Positions 16,047-25,496 of a stretch of DNA of 64,000 bases are shown in pieces; the first letter of the stretch is position 1, and each line of letters begins with the position of its first letter. The DNA is taken from positions 64,001 to 128,000 of the IMG/VR virus record IMGVR_UViG_3300045988_139474. The stretch is one strand, 5' to 3'. The notes beneath the pieces are model-generated. The model was not told the DNA's origin. It saw nothing but the letters and a program-made list of their open reading frames with translations, and searched no databases. The stretch comes from a virus. The position numbers were made by a program, and so were the translations under genes.

Positions 16047-18031
16047 ACACCATTCTCCACTACACCATTCTCAATCATCAATCGTTTTCGTTCAAAGCTT
16101 GAACCCAACAATTTTGCGGCTTCCTGAGCTTCAATCATTCGGCTATCCTCAAGGGTCACTTGTACCAGACGGCGTTGTTTACCCGTCATGAACTTGGCTG
16201 TCTCGTCAACGGATGATGAACCCAAGCCCTTGAGTTTGATGATTGTGCCTTTTGAAAAGTCAATCTTGTCTTTCTCGTCAGCGAAGAAATACTCAGTCTT
16301 GCCGTCATGTTCCCACTTGTAGAATGGGGTTTCAAGCTTAAACACTCGGCCATCTTTAATCAAGCCTTGAGCCTGATTATAGAACAAGCCTAACAGTAAA
16401 TTGGCGATATGTGAGCCATCACTATCAGAGTCAACAGCGATGATGATTTTACCGTATCGTGACTGCTCAATATCAAACAATGGACCAGCACCGCAACCGA
16501 TAGTGTTGAAGACAGCCAAGATTTCGCGGTTTTCGGCTAACTCTTCAATCTCCATACCGTTTGAGTTTTTCACCTTACCTCGAATTGCAAGCAGGGATTG
16601 AAACTCCTTGTTTCGGGCTTGAAGGATTTGACCGCCTGCTGACTTACCCTCAACGATATACAACTCACGCGCCATCCAGTTAGTCGAACTACACTCATAC
16701 ACGTCAGCAGAGTGCATTTTGGCTGAGCGTGACTTGACGTCCTTACCCATGACTAATGCAGATTTGAGCATCTCGATGTTAGACAGCTTGTCTGTCGCTT
16801 TCTTGTACTCAATAATCCGATTGATCAAAAGGTCAAAGAACGCTTTATTGGCTGTAATCACCTTGTAGAAGGCGTCAGCAATCGCTTGAGTTGTTGCGCG
16901 CTCGTTATAGCCCTTGTCCTCCCACTTAGACAATTTGGTCTTGTCTTGGCTGTTAAACAACGGCTCGATAGCAAAGTTGAGCGCAAACAGACGCATACCT
17001 AGACGGCTATCAGCTGCCTTGATACGGCTGTCATATTTAGCAAAGGCTTGCGCAATACCAGTCTGCACGATATTCAAATGCTTACCCGCAGGTGTCTTCA
17101 AAAGATTGACTGAGCCATCAACGTCTGTATTCCATTTATCAGCAGACCAGCCCACCTGAAAGATGAATTTCAAAGGCAATGGTTCTTCAGTCTTTACGTT
17201 TACAGCACAACTGAATACCTTGTCTTCAACCAGTTTCTCGTTGAAGCTATCCTTGAACTGGTAGGCATCCAATTCCTTGCCGTTCAGCTTGAAATCAACC
17301 TTAATGTCCTTGAGCTCTTTATCAAGGTTGAATAAGCCTTTCATCAATTTCAAGGGATAGCCATGATATGAGATAGTCATGCTATCGTGCATTTCAGGAA
17401 TCGGCGTGAAAGCAATGAGCGTGCCGAATGTATCATCCAGTTCGTCGAGGAATGCTTTGATGTCCTTGTTAGCAGGGAAGTCAGTATAATTCTTGACTTC
17501 GTCTAAGGTCATCATTTTAGACGAATCAAAAATGCCTTTATGGAACTTGAACGCCGCAATCGGCTTTCCATCCTTTAGGCCTTCCTGAATATATTTCGGC
17601 AGGTTTGCCTTCTTCTGCTTAGCAGCATTGACGAACATGATATATGTTGAGGAGCAAGCAACGGTGATTTTACCGCCCAAGCCGTGCATACCTAAGCTGT
17701 AACTCGTTTTACTGAAGTTTGAGCCTACATTCAGCTTTGATAACAAGTCCATAGTGATGGGACGGTCATCCTCAGCTGGATAGTCTTGGTCGAGGTACAA
17801 CGGCATACCGCCTGCGTCATCGACAATCATGTGCCAGTCTTTCTTGTTAATAATCGCGTTCACTTTTACAGCAATGCGATTCTTGATAGACAAGTCAACA
17901 GTATTATCGGCGATTTCGCGGAATAACAAGTTTGGGGTCAAACAATCATGACCGTACAGGCCTGGTCGTGCAAGAACAACGTATGGAAAATCAAGCTTCT
18001 CAATATTCTCTGTCGGAGAATTTGTAGCCAT
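16043..18031 (-). CDS. type II topoisomerase, GyrB-like ATPase/Toprim subunit (T4 gp39/60-like)
   Basis: 662 aa. GHKL N box EIADNTVD, then MHGLGGK, Toprim ELYIVEGKSAGG, and IIIAVDSDSDGSHI. Confidence 0.85.
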   Translation of the reverse strand: MATNSPTENIEKLDFPYVVLARPGLYGHDCLTPNLLFREIADNTVDLSIKNRIAVKVNAIINKKDWHMIVDDAGGMPLYLDQDYPAEDDRPITMDLLSKLNVGSNFSKTSYSLGMHGLGGKITVACSSTYIMFVNAAKQKKANLPKYIQEGLKDGKPIAAFKFHKGIFDSSKMMTLDEVKNYTDFPANKDIKAFLDELDDTFGTLIAFTPIPEMHDSMTISYHGYPLKLMKGLFNLDKELKDIKVDFKLNGKELDAYQFKDSFNEKLVEDKVFSCAVNVKTEEPLPLKFIFQVGWSADKWNTDVDGSVNLLKTPAGKHLNIVQTGIAQAFAKYDSRIKAADSRLGMRLFALNFAIEPLFNSQDKTKLSKWEDKGYNERATTQAIADAFYKVITANKAFFDLLINRIIEYKKATDKLSNIEMLKSALVMGKDVKSRSAKMHSADVYECSSTNWMARELYIVEGKSAGGQILQARNKEFQSLLAIRGKVKNSNGMEIEELAENREILAVFNTIGCGAGPLFDIEQSRYGKIIIAVDSDSDGSHIANLLLGLFYNQAQGLIKDGRVFKLETPFYKWEHDGKTEYFFADEKDKIDFSKGTIIKLKGLGSSSVDETAKFMTGKQRRLVQVTLEDSRMIEAQEAAKLLGSSFERKRLMIENGVVENGV

Positions 18032-18046
18032 TTACATTCCTTTCTA

Positions 18047-18262
18047 TTAGAACTCAAGGGACAAAATGATATCATACAACTCTGGGCTAATTTCAAGCGA
18101 TGACCGTTGAACGGTCATGATTTCGCCGTCAACCAGATAGACAATCTCATGCTGATTATCGCCCAGCAATTCAACTTCTTTACCAGACTTGCGGACTTCA
18201 GAGTCAGCTGCTTTGATAGTATCGAAGGATTTGCCGTTTACAGTAAAAATGGTGATATTCAT
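18047..18262 (-). CDS. hypothetical protein
   Basis: 71-aa ORF with its own RBS (AAGGAAC) and an upstream promoter-like motif. Confidence 0.55.
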   Translation of the reverse strand: MNITIFTVNGKSFDTIKAADSEVRKSGKEVELLGDNQHEIVYLVDGEIMTVQRSSLEISPELYDIILSLEF

Positions 18263-18290
18263 AATTGTTCCTTTGAGTTAGGATAAGGTT

Positions 18291-18332
18291 GGTCATAATC
18301 TGTTATCGCTCAGACCAACCTTAATTTTTAAT
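18291..18332 (-). promoter_or_regulatory. class-1 early promoter-like motif
   Basis: Minus-strand reading is TTAAAAATTAAGGTTGGTCTGAGCGATAACAGATTATGACC. It starts at the stop codon of the Mre11-Rad50 gene. Confidence 0.4.
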
Positions 18333-21132
18333 TGACGCCCTCTACCGTGTAGGCACTAACATTCTTCGTCATAACAGCCTGCAATCGGCGGTCGTAGAAG
18401 TTGAAGCCAGACACGTGAGTTGATAACAGCAAGCTACCAATACGTGAGCCTTTCAGCATCTTCGCAGCTTCCTCCAAACGGTTCTCGGATAGCTCCTTCA
18501 GGCTTTCGTCAAGAATGATTAGGCCTGTTTTGGAACCAAGCTCAAACAGTTTCGTTAGGAAGAACAGGTCAGCCAATACCTTTTGACCACCTGATAGGTC
18601 GGAGTAAGGAATCAGCAAACCGTCAACCTGCATATCAACGTCAAAGTCAATCTTCAGGTCACCTTTGGCTAATTGCTTGACTGTACGGACTACAAAATTG
18701 CCTGAGGTCATGATTTCAGCAATCTTCGTAAAGACTGATTGCACGACAGCACCGTTAGAAGCAAACAAGTTCATGTACTGCTCTAGTCTTGGTAAGCCTT
18801 GAGTTGCGGTGTCCAGTTGAGCGTTCATCTCAACCAGCTTATCCCGCAGGCTTTGTAACTGTTCATACTGACGCTGGGCAAATTCGCACTCCGCAATTTG
18901 TCGGGCTAACGATTGTTGCTCAATATCCATAGCGTTCAGTCTGTCTTGAAGCTCGCCCAAGCTAGGGAATTTCACAGGGTCAGGAAGGCCGTTCAGCTGT
19001 TCTTTCAAGCTAAGGATACGCACTTCAGCACTCGTGATATCATTCCGCAGTTTGATTTGAGTCGAATATGTAGCCAATTCTTCACGCAATCGCTGATTTC
19101 GGGCTTCCTCTTCGGCAATCAATGCTTCGTATTTGGTAACTTCTTCATCAGCTTTCTTTTGAGCGTCAGCCAAAGCATTTTGCTTCTCGACAACCGCTTC
19201 TTCGGCCTGTTTAGTCTTGGTCTTGAGTTCATTCAATGTCTCTTCATGACTGTCTAAAGGTTTGCCGCAGGTCGGGCAGCTATCTTTCAAGTTAGCCTCC
19301 GATTCCTTCGCAGCTGCTACCGCCAATTGGGCGAATCTTACATCATTCGCAGCTTGGCTTATAACATTGCCTGCTTTGGTAATGTAGGACTTGTACGACG
19401 CAATCAGATTGGTCGAAGTCTCAATCATAGACTTCAGGTCATCAGCTGTATTAGCAGGCATGAAGTTAGGGTCAACATCAGCCCGCATCTTTTCCAAGAA
19501 TCCCTCATGCGACTCAATCTGAGCCTCAATCTGACTTCTGGACGATAATGCCTGAATCAGCTTAGTCAAAGTGCTTCGGTCGGCGGTAAGTTTATCAGCC
19601 TGCTGTTGCTTTTCAGCCAACTCCAAACGCTTATCAAGGTCAACCATCTGTAGGTTTTCTACCGTCTGACTTGCGATATGAATCTCACTCTCAAGCCCTT
19701 TGACGGCGGATTTCTTAGCAGACAGCTCAGCTTTCAAGGCCGTATGGAAATTGTTAATCAGGCCTAAGCCTAACATTTCGGACACAATCGCAATCCGCTC
19801 GTTGTAGCCGTAACCACTTAACAGATAAGGCGCACCCTGCTCACGGTATAGCAAGTCCATCAATCGGATGAACGGCAATTTGGCTTGAATACGCTGATTC
19901 AACTCGGTTGAGTTGTTAGCCTGTTCCTGTACGTCATTGATGAAGTACTCAACGAAGCCTGAGCCGTTGTGACCTCGTGTGATGGTGTGCTTCTCACCCT
20001 TGTAATACAGGGTCATAGACACTTCCATATCCTTACAGCCTTTGCGAATCAGATTGTTGACTGAGCGCGGTGGGCGGAATACGAAGTCAATGGCTCGCAG
20101 TAGGCTCGATTTGCCGTTACCATTCTCACCTGTAACAACCGTCAGGCCTTCTGTAAACTGATACTCAAACGATTCAATTGACCTGAAATTCTTGATACGA
20201 ATGCTAACAGGCACGAAGTCCAAGTCAGCAGGTTCAGTATTGCTTCGGTCGATATTGGGCGCATAGACGGAATGTAAATCAGACAATTCTGCTGCCTTTA
20301 CATTCTCTTCAATCACCTTGTCGATATCAAGCCCAGCAATAACTTTAGCCGTATCAGCTGAAGTCACAACTTTGGGCTTTTCAACCAAGACTGTATAAGG
20401 GTGAGTTGGGTCATAACGCTTATCGCCCTTATACATGATTTTCAGGAACTTGGTATCAGCACTTTCAGTCTTCACCCTCTTCCAAGACATGTCGTCTGTA
20501 TCCAACACGATAACTGAGCCGTCAACCGACTCACCCATGTAGTGTTGAAACGGAACATTGATTGAGTGAGCATTACCCATATCAACTTTGTTATGGATGT
20601 CACCTGCAAGAATCAAGTCAGCCACGCTAGAATCGAACTCTTGGCCGAACTTATCGTGAAGCGTGATATGCCCAACCAGAAGGTCAAGATGTTCCTTGAA
20701 GTCATAATGCGTCTGGTCAGGTCGCCAGTTACTGAAACCGATTTTACGGCCTCCGATAGTCAGCACTTGATTATCCATGTAAGTCGCTTTGTCGTACATG
20801 ATAGCATGAATGCCTGCGTCATCATAGCCCTGTTCTTGGGCTTTTGAGCCTGAATCGTGGTTGCCTGAGATGTATAGGAACTTGTCTTTGGGGAAAGCCT
20901 CAGATAACGTCTCAACCATGTAGCGGAGCGTATTGGCAACACCTGGAGTCAATACATGACGGTGAACGATGTCGCCAGCTGCTATGAAGTATTCGCAGTT
21001 GTATTCCTTCGCAATCTCAACATAACGGTGCGCTAATCGGCGGAATTGTTCCAACCGCCAGCCTTTTCCGCCTAAGTTATGGTCAGGGAAGTCATGAATA
21101 TGAATATCCCCTGTTAGAAGCAATTTAGCCAT
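18328..21132 (-). CDS. Mre11(SbcD)-Rad50(SbcC) fusion nuclease/ATPase
   Basis: 934 aa. The N-terminal calcineurin-like phosphoesterase shows GDIHIHD, AAGDIVH, SGNHDS, GHITLHD and AGDIHN. These are followed by Walker A GENGNGKSS, long coiled coils, the zinc hook CPTCGKPL, the signature LSGGQK, Walker B LIILDE and H-loop LSTH. Confidence 0.85.
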   Translation of the reverse strand: MAKLLLTGDIHIHDFPDHNLGGKGWRLEQFRRLAHRYVEIAKEYNCEYFIAAGDIVHRHVLTPGVANTLRYMVETLSEAFPKDKFLYISGNHDSGSKAQEQGYDDAGIHAIMYDKATYMDNQVLTIGGRKIGFSNWRPDQTHYDFKEHLDLLVGHITLHDKFGQEFDSSVADLILAGDIHNKVDMGNAHSINVPFQHYMGESVDGSVIVLDTDDMSWKRVKTESADTKFLKIMYKGDKRYDPTHPYTVLVEKPKVVTSADTAKVIAGLDIDKVIEENVKAAELSDLHSVYAPNIDRSNTEPADLDFVPVSIRIKNFRSIESFEYQFTEGLTVVTGENGNGKSSLLRAIDFVFRPPRSVNNLIRKGCKDMEVSMTLYYKGEKHTITRGHNGSGFVEYFINDVQEQANNSTELNQRIQAKLPFIRLMDLLYREQGAPYLLSGYGYNERIAIVSEMLGLGLINNFHTALKAELSAKKSAVKGLESEIHIASQTVENLQMVDLDKRLELAEKQQQADKLTADRSTLTKLIQALSSRSQIEAQIESHEGFLEKMRADVDPNFMPANTADDLKSMIETSTNLIASYKSYITKAGNVISQAANDVRFAQLAVAAAKESEANLKDSCPTCGKPLDSHEETLNELKTKTKQAEEAVVEKQNALADAQKKADEEVTKYEALIAEEEARNQRLREELATYSTQIKLRNDITSAEVRILSLKEQLNGLPDPVKFPSLGELQDRLNAMDIEQQSLARQIAECEFAQRQYEQLQSLRDKLVEMNAQLDTATQGLPRLEQYMNLFASNGAVVQSVFTKIAEIMTSGNFVVRTVKQLAKGDLKIDFDVDMQVDGLLIPYSDLSGGQKVLADLFFLTKLFELGSKTGLIILDESLKELSENRLEEAAKMLKGSRIGSLLLSTHVSGFNFYDRRLQAVMTKNVSAYTVEGVN

Positions 21133-22132
21133 GATTCCATCCTTCGGTGTGGATACCTTGATTCAACCAGCTTTCAAGCCCTCTTACGATATACGGCTGA
21201 GGGGTTATCAGGGATTGAATAGCAGATTTGTCCGTATGAGTCAAAGCCCATTGATTAGCAATCTCAGGATAGATAGCGTCATCAGTCAAGATATAGTCCA
21301 AGCGAGTCAATTGCAGGTTGTACTCAATCTTGTTAAGCTCGTCCTGCGTATAGACAGTTGTATCCTTCGCTTTGAACGCATCAATAGCTTCCTGAGGTGT
21401 CTTGCGTTTCAAGCCGATTGTCTCAATATCGTCATGACCGCCTGAACTAATCGCTTTCAAGATAGCCAAGTCTAACGGATTCTGAACGCCTGTATTCTGG
21501 ATGACCTTATTCAAGTCCAAAATCTCTTCCTTGCGAAGCATTTTGGTAGAAGCAGTCATTGATTGCTGCCAGTCACTATCAACCGTTGCAAGCCAACAGT
21601 TATCATGATTGTGGCTGAAGTACATACCCAAGTCATCGGCTTCTAAGCCTCCGATATTGATAACATGGAAGCCCAGACGGCGTAACAACTGAATAGCAAT
21701 ATCAGTTGCTTCCCAACAGACTTTGAAGCTGTCATCATACTGGCGGGATTCCTTATAGGTCGTGAACTTGGTCTTGTCGCGGTATCTGTATGAGCCTCTA
21801 TCAAACAAGATTACTGCTTCTGCATGGAACTTGAACTGTTCTCGCAGAATCTTCAACAAACTACCAAGAAAGCTGTTAACAGTAATGCTAGGGTCAAGCA
21901 TTGTATGCTTCTGTTTAGCCTCGTCAAAGTTGATGAAGTATTTGTCGAACTGGTCATAACCATTAGACAACATGAAGTCAAACATCTCTGACTCCGTATT
22001 GAAATGGCGTTTACCTTTCGACATAGCATGAAATGCACGTCTGATATAATATGTACCGTCCATAGCCAACAACGGAGTGTTGCTATCTTTCGGTTTAGCT
22101 ATCGGCAATCCGACAATATCCGATAATTGCAT
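21125..22132 (-). CDS. 5'-3' exonuclease / flap endonuclease (T4 RNase H / FEN family)
   Basis: 335 aa. LLAMDGTYYIRRAF, ILFDRGSYRYRD..YKESR, GLEADDLG and VDSDWQQ fit the PIN-like 5'-nuclease acidic clusters. Confidence 0.75.
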   Translation of the reverse strand: MQLSDIVGLPIAKPKDSNTPLLAMDGTYYIRRAFHAMSKGKRHFNTESEMFDFMLSNGYDQFDKYFINFDEAKQKHTMLDPSITVNSFLGSLLKILREQFKFHAEAVILFDRGSYRYRDKTKFTTYKESRQYDDSFKVCWEATDIAIQLLRRLGFHVINIGGLEADDLGMYFSHNHDNCWLATVDSDWQQSMTASTKMLRKEEILDLNKVIQNTGVQNPLDLAILKAISSGGHDDIETIGLKRKTPQEAIDAFKAKDTTVYTQDELNKIEYNLQLTRLDYILTDDAIYPEIANQWALTHTDKSAIQSLITPQPYIVRGLESWLNQGIHTEGWNHG

Positions 22133-22149
22133 TGCTGTCTCCTTAAAAC

Positions 22150-22187
22150 GACAAAAAGCTAGACAGATTCTTAGGCCTGTCTAGCTT
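22150..22187 (-). terminator. intrinsic terminator
   Basis: 11-bp stem AAGCTAGACAG / CTGTCTAGCTT with a 10-nt loop, followed on the minus strand by TTTTTG. Confidence 0.75.
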
Positions 22188-22205
22188 TGATTATGATTGA
22201 CCTAG

Positions 22206-23279
22206 TTATTGCACGGTGAATTGCGCGAATGGGTCAGCGTCAACGCTCGGAGCTTCGCCAACAGGCGCGGTTACAGCAGGAGTTTCCGCTGGAGCAGCAG
22301 CTGCGGCGGTCGGAGGCGTTTCAACTTTCGGCTCGGCAGCTGGAGTGGCAGCAGGCGCAGGAGTTGGGGTTGAGGCAGGAGTTGTAGCTGCGTCTTTCAA
22401 CTCGGATACGCCGTCCTTGCTTTCGTCATACAGCACTTTGTCGCCAACCTTGATTACCAAGTGTGTAGGTTTCTCAGGGTATTCGACAGGCTTGTTCTCA
22501 CGCTTCGCCACTTTCTCAGCATACTCGCAGTCAGACTTGTACTTAGCTTCACGGATGAAGTCCTTGTTCTCCTTGATCAGCTTAACAGCTTTCTCAACCA
22601 ATTTGTCGTAACGCTCTTGGCTGAACATTTTGGGGATATACAAGTCCTCCAGAACACCGTAATCAAATGCTGAAGTATCCACTGGGCCAGTATTCTTGAG
22701 TGGGAAGAACGGTGCAACGGTACATTTGCCGTCTTTACCACCTTTGTACTGCAAGTCAAGCAGAGGTGTCTCAGCCGACGGGTCAAGCATGCTGACGATT
22801 TGGTCGGGCGCATTAGCAGTCATGTTCTCGATGAAAGACATAACGGCCTCTTCGTGAATGCGCTTACCAATCACGGCGTACAGGTTGCCTGCTTTCCAGT
22901 TATCTGCTGGGGAATCGGTTTCCACCAAGTAGAAGTAGAACAGGAACACGGTTTGCTTGCCCATTGACCATTTTTGAGCATGACGCAAGTAGTTGTAGTA
23001 CAATTCTTGTAACGGATGGCGATGTGTTTTCAATTCCTCAGGAACGCCCTCAACCTCTGACTCACGTTGACTAGGGTCACGTACACCAGCACGGAAATAG
23101 CCGTATGCGTCAAATTTTGCGTAGAAGTGTTTACCTGAGGCGTCAATGATGAAACGGCCACGGTGTTTACCTTCGGGCATGAATACAACATTCTGGGCAC
23201 CGTTGCCACCGCTTTCGTCAGCTTTGATTGCTTTGTAACTATCCAAGGATTGTTTCAAAAAGTCTAAGGTCAATTCCAT
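22206..23279 (-). CDS. putative ssDNA-binding protein
   Basis: 357 aa. A long Pro/Ala/Thr linker ends in the acidic-aromatic tip VDADPFAQF, which is reminiscent of SSB C-terminal tips. Positioned next to the FEN and recombination genes. No OB-fold motif was recognised by eye. Confidence 0.4.
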   Translation of the reverse strand: MELTLDFLKQSLDSYKAIKADESGGNGAQNVVFMPEGKHRGRFIIDASGKHFYAKFDAYGYFRAGVRDPSQRESEVEGVPEELKTHRHPLQELYYNYLRHAQKWSMGKQTVFLFYFYLVETDSPADNWKAGNLYAVIGKRIHEEAVMSFIENMTANAPDQIVSMLDPSAETPLLDLQYKGGKDGKCTVAPFFPLKNTGPVDTSAFDYGVLEDLYIPKMFSQERYDKLVEKAVKLIKENKDFIREAKYKSDCEYAEKVAKRENKPVEYPEKPTHLVIKVGDKVLYDESKDGVSELKDAATTPASTPTPAPAATPAAEPKVETPPTAAAAAPAETPAVTAPVGEAPSVDADPFAQFTVQ

Positions 23280-23356
23280 TTTTATATCACTTTCTCTGGC
23301 CGTAATTTCAGGCCAACTAGGTCAATCAATATATCGGGTTAAGATTTCGGGTCGGA

Positions 23357-23707
23357 TTATTCGTCAGCTTCAACAGGAGTTTCGCCTGCTTCAGTAGCAG
23401 GTTTATGAGCAGCTGGAACAGCAACAGTAATTTTGCCGTTTACTGCGTCTTTGAAAGCTTGGCCGAATTTGAAAGATGGGCGTGTAGCAGCGGCAATGGT
23501 AATACGCTCACCAGTCACAGGGTTGAAGCCTGGACGCTCTTCTTGATGGGCTGAGCCAAAAGTGCCAAAGCCACGCAATTCAACTTTTTCGCCTTTAGCA
23601 ACGGTGCCCACGATAGTGTCCAGCAGGTTGTTAACCACTTTCTCAGCGACAACTTTAGTGAAACCATTTTGTTCAGCGGTCAGGTTAATCAGGTCAGTAC
23701 GATTCAT
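23357..23707 (-). CDS. HU/IHF-family (type II) DNA-binding protein with C-terminal extension
   Basis: 116 aa. MNRTDLINLTAEQNGFTKVVAEKVVNNLLDTIVGTVAKGEKVELRGFGTFG...RPGFNPVTGERITIAA..RPSFKFGQAFKDAVN. Confidence 0.85.
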   Translation of the reverse strand: MNRTDLINLTAEQNGFTKVVAEKVVNNLLDTIVGTVAKGEKVELRGFGTFGSAHQEERPGFNPVTGERITIAAATRPSFKFGQAFKDAVNGKITVAVPAAHKPATEAGETPVEADE

Positions 23708-23782
23708 TTTGTATTTCCTTGTGAAATATCAGGCTTTTATACGCAGCCTGTTAGCGTTTTGGGCGGTATTGCCCTGGGATTC

Positions 23783-23820
23783 ATAATACACAAAGAACGA
23801 AGAAACCGAAAAGCGCATAT
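23783..23820 (-). promoter_or_regulatory. class-2 promoter-like motif
   Basis: Minus-strand reading is ATATGCGCTTTTCGGTTTCTTCGTTCTTTGTGTATTAT (TTTCGG, 17-nt spacer, TATTAT), upstream of the HU-like gene. Confidence 0.5.
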
Positions 23821-23870
23821 TTCGGAAAATATTTTTAATTTTCGGCTAATTCTTTGTTTTATATCAAAAC

Positions 23871-24881
23871 TTAGTTTGAAATGAAGCTTTTGAGCAAAGC
23901 CATAGCATGCTGATTTTCAGTATTAGCAAGCTGGGAGGCTTTCGTGAGATTACCGTCAGCTGCGGCCTTCTCAAGTGTCTCATTCAGCAATGTATTGAAG
24001 CTTTCATGAGTTGTATCCAAAGCATTACTCATCAATCTGATAACGTCTGTTGCATTAGCATCAAACATGATTGTTTCGGCTATGGTTGAATAAACTCGGT
24101 ATTCTTCACCTAACTGGTTGCCTTGGTCCAGATACATCATAGCTCGGCAGGCCGATTCGTCTAATGCAGGAACAATCCTGTTATACACATTCCGCAGGGA
24201 GCGGTATTGCGTCAGCAGTAGCAAAGCATTGATGTCCTTGATAGACGTCAGAAGAATGAAGATGTCAGGATAGTCTTGGCGCAAGTAGTACAAGAACAGC
24301 ACCCTTTGCGCGGTTGAGGTCATCTTATCAAAATGTCTGAATTTGACTTCTTGTTCCATGTTGATTCCGTTGTATTGTAGCAGCCAGTAGATGTAGTGCC
24401 TATCTCCATCAGAGTACAGGCCGTCTAAAAGCTTGTATGTGCGTATGAAGCTATACATCAATAGCCTGAGGTGAGCTGGTGTGTCTTTCATCAAGTCCTC
24501 AAACATGAAGTCAATAGCAATCTTGTTAATGCTGGATGGCTCGGAATATTCAGGAATGTCGGCCAAGACGGAATAAGAGATAGTGGCTGTTTGGAAATGT
24601 ATGCCCTCCTGCTCAATCAAGTCGTACAGGAATTCCAGTGTAAGCTCGAAGTTTTCCTCAGCCATCTTGGTCTGAACAACAGTCAAAGAGATAGTTGAAG
24701 CTGAATCCAAATCCCCGCCAGTCATCTCATAAGAGTTTTTCAGCGCACGGCTTACAAGATAAGTTGAGATGACCAACAGTCTAGGCAAATCAAGCGGTTC
24801 TTTTCCCGATAGGTTGAACTCAGCCACTAGGTCAGGCGAAGACATTGATTGATAATGGTTGACATAAAATTCCAGATTCAT
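23871..24881 (-). CDS. hypothetical protein
   Basis: 336-aa ORF; no motif recognised. Confidence 0.65.
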   Translation of the reverse strand: MNLEFYVNHYQSMSSPDLVAEFNLSGKEPLDLPRLLVISTYLVSRALKNSYEMTGGDLDSASTISLTVVQTKMAEENFELTLEFLYDLIEQEGIHFQTATISYSVLADIPEYSEPSSINKIAIDFMFEDLMKDTPAHLRLLMYSFIRTYKLLDGLYSDGDRHYIYWLLQYNGINMEQEVKFRHFDKMTSTAQRVLFLYYLRQDYPDIFILLTSIKDINALLLLTQYRSLRNVYNRIVPALDESACRAMMYLDQGNQLGEEYRVYSTIAETIMFDANATDVIRLMSNALDTTHESFNTLLNETLEKAAADGNLTKASQLANTENQHAMALLKSFISN

Positions 24882-25099
24882 AATTTCAAAGCCCGATAAT
24901 CTCTCAAATCGTCAATCAAGGTTCTGCGTTCAGGGACACGCTCATCATTGATGGTGATATCAAAGTTGGTCTCAGAGTTGCGAGTTATCGTCAAGCCTTT
25001 ACCAATGCCTGTTTCGCCGATAGGAATTTGAGCGATAACAGTCAATACCGATTCCAAGTCCAATTCATCAATCTCAATCTTAGCCGTCATGTCCGTCAC
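24878..25099 (-). CDS. hypothetical protein
   Basis: 73-aa ORF with overlapping starts and stops in the operon. Confidence 0.55.
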   Translation of the reverse strand: MTDMTAKIEIDELDLESVLTVIAQIPIGETGIGKGLTITRNSETNFDITINDERVPERRTLIDDLRDYRALKL

Positions 25100-25496
25100 C
25101 TTTCAGCCATTCGGCCTTATCCATGACCTCAATATCAATGATGATAGTTTCCTCCGATTCTTTCGTCTGCACTTTTCGGCTTTCGATTGCTACCGTCTGA
25201 CTATCATCAATCCCTGTTGCTTTCATAATACCGTCCTCAACATACTTAAACATGTTGCTGGTGTCTCTGCGCCAGTAGTTTGTATTGAGCTTGAAAGTCA
25301 GGGAAAGCTTGTAGCACTTCTCAGGGTCATCTTTCAAGACATCATTTATCCCCTGACGTTGCAATAGCTCCTTGATTTTGGTTTGCATCTTTACAACGTC
25401 AGGGTTCAGATAAATCCATGCCTTCATTCCCTTCTGGCCTAGCTTATGGGCGTTGTTTGTAGATTCGATTTTCGGTAATGTTACGACAAATTTCAT
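25080..25496 (-). CDS. RusA-like Holliday junction resolvase
   Basis: 138 aa. WRRDTSNMFKYVEDGIMKATGIDDSQ fits the RusA D.dN..K...D......DD motif. Confidence 0.55.
   Translation of the reverse strand: MKFVVTLPKIESTNNAHKLGQKGMKAWIYLNPDVVKMQTKIKELLQRQGINDVLKDDPEKCYKLSLTFKLNTNYWRRDTSNMFKYVEDGIMKATGIDDSQTVAIESRKVQTKESEETIIIDIEVMDKAEWLKGDGHDG

Noticed and set aside
22216-22611. 131-aa plus-strand ORF rich in Ala/Gly/Val, opposite the SSB-like C-terminus. Similar frames occur at 40300..40538 and 43269..43511.
   Set aside because: They are an artefact of the GC-rich Pro/Ala/Thr-coding low-complexity linkers, which stay open in several frames.
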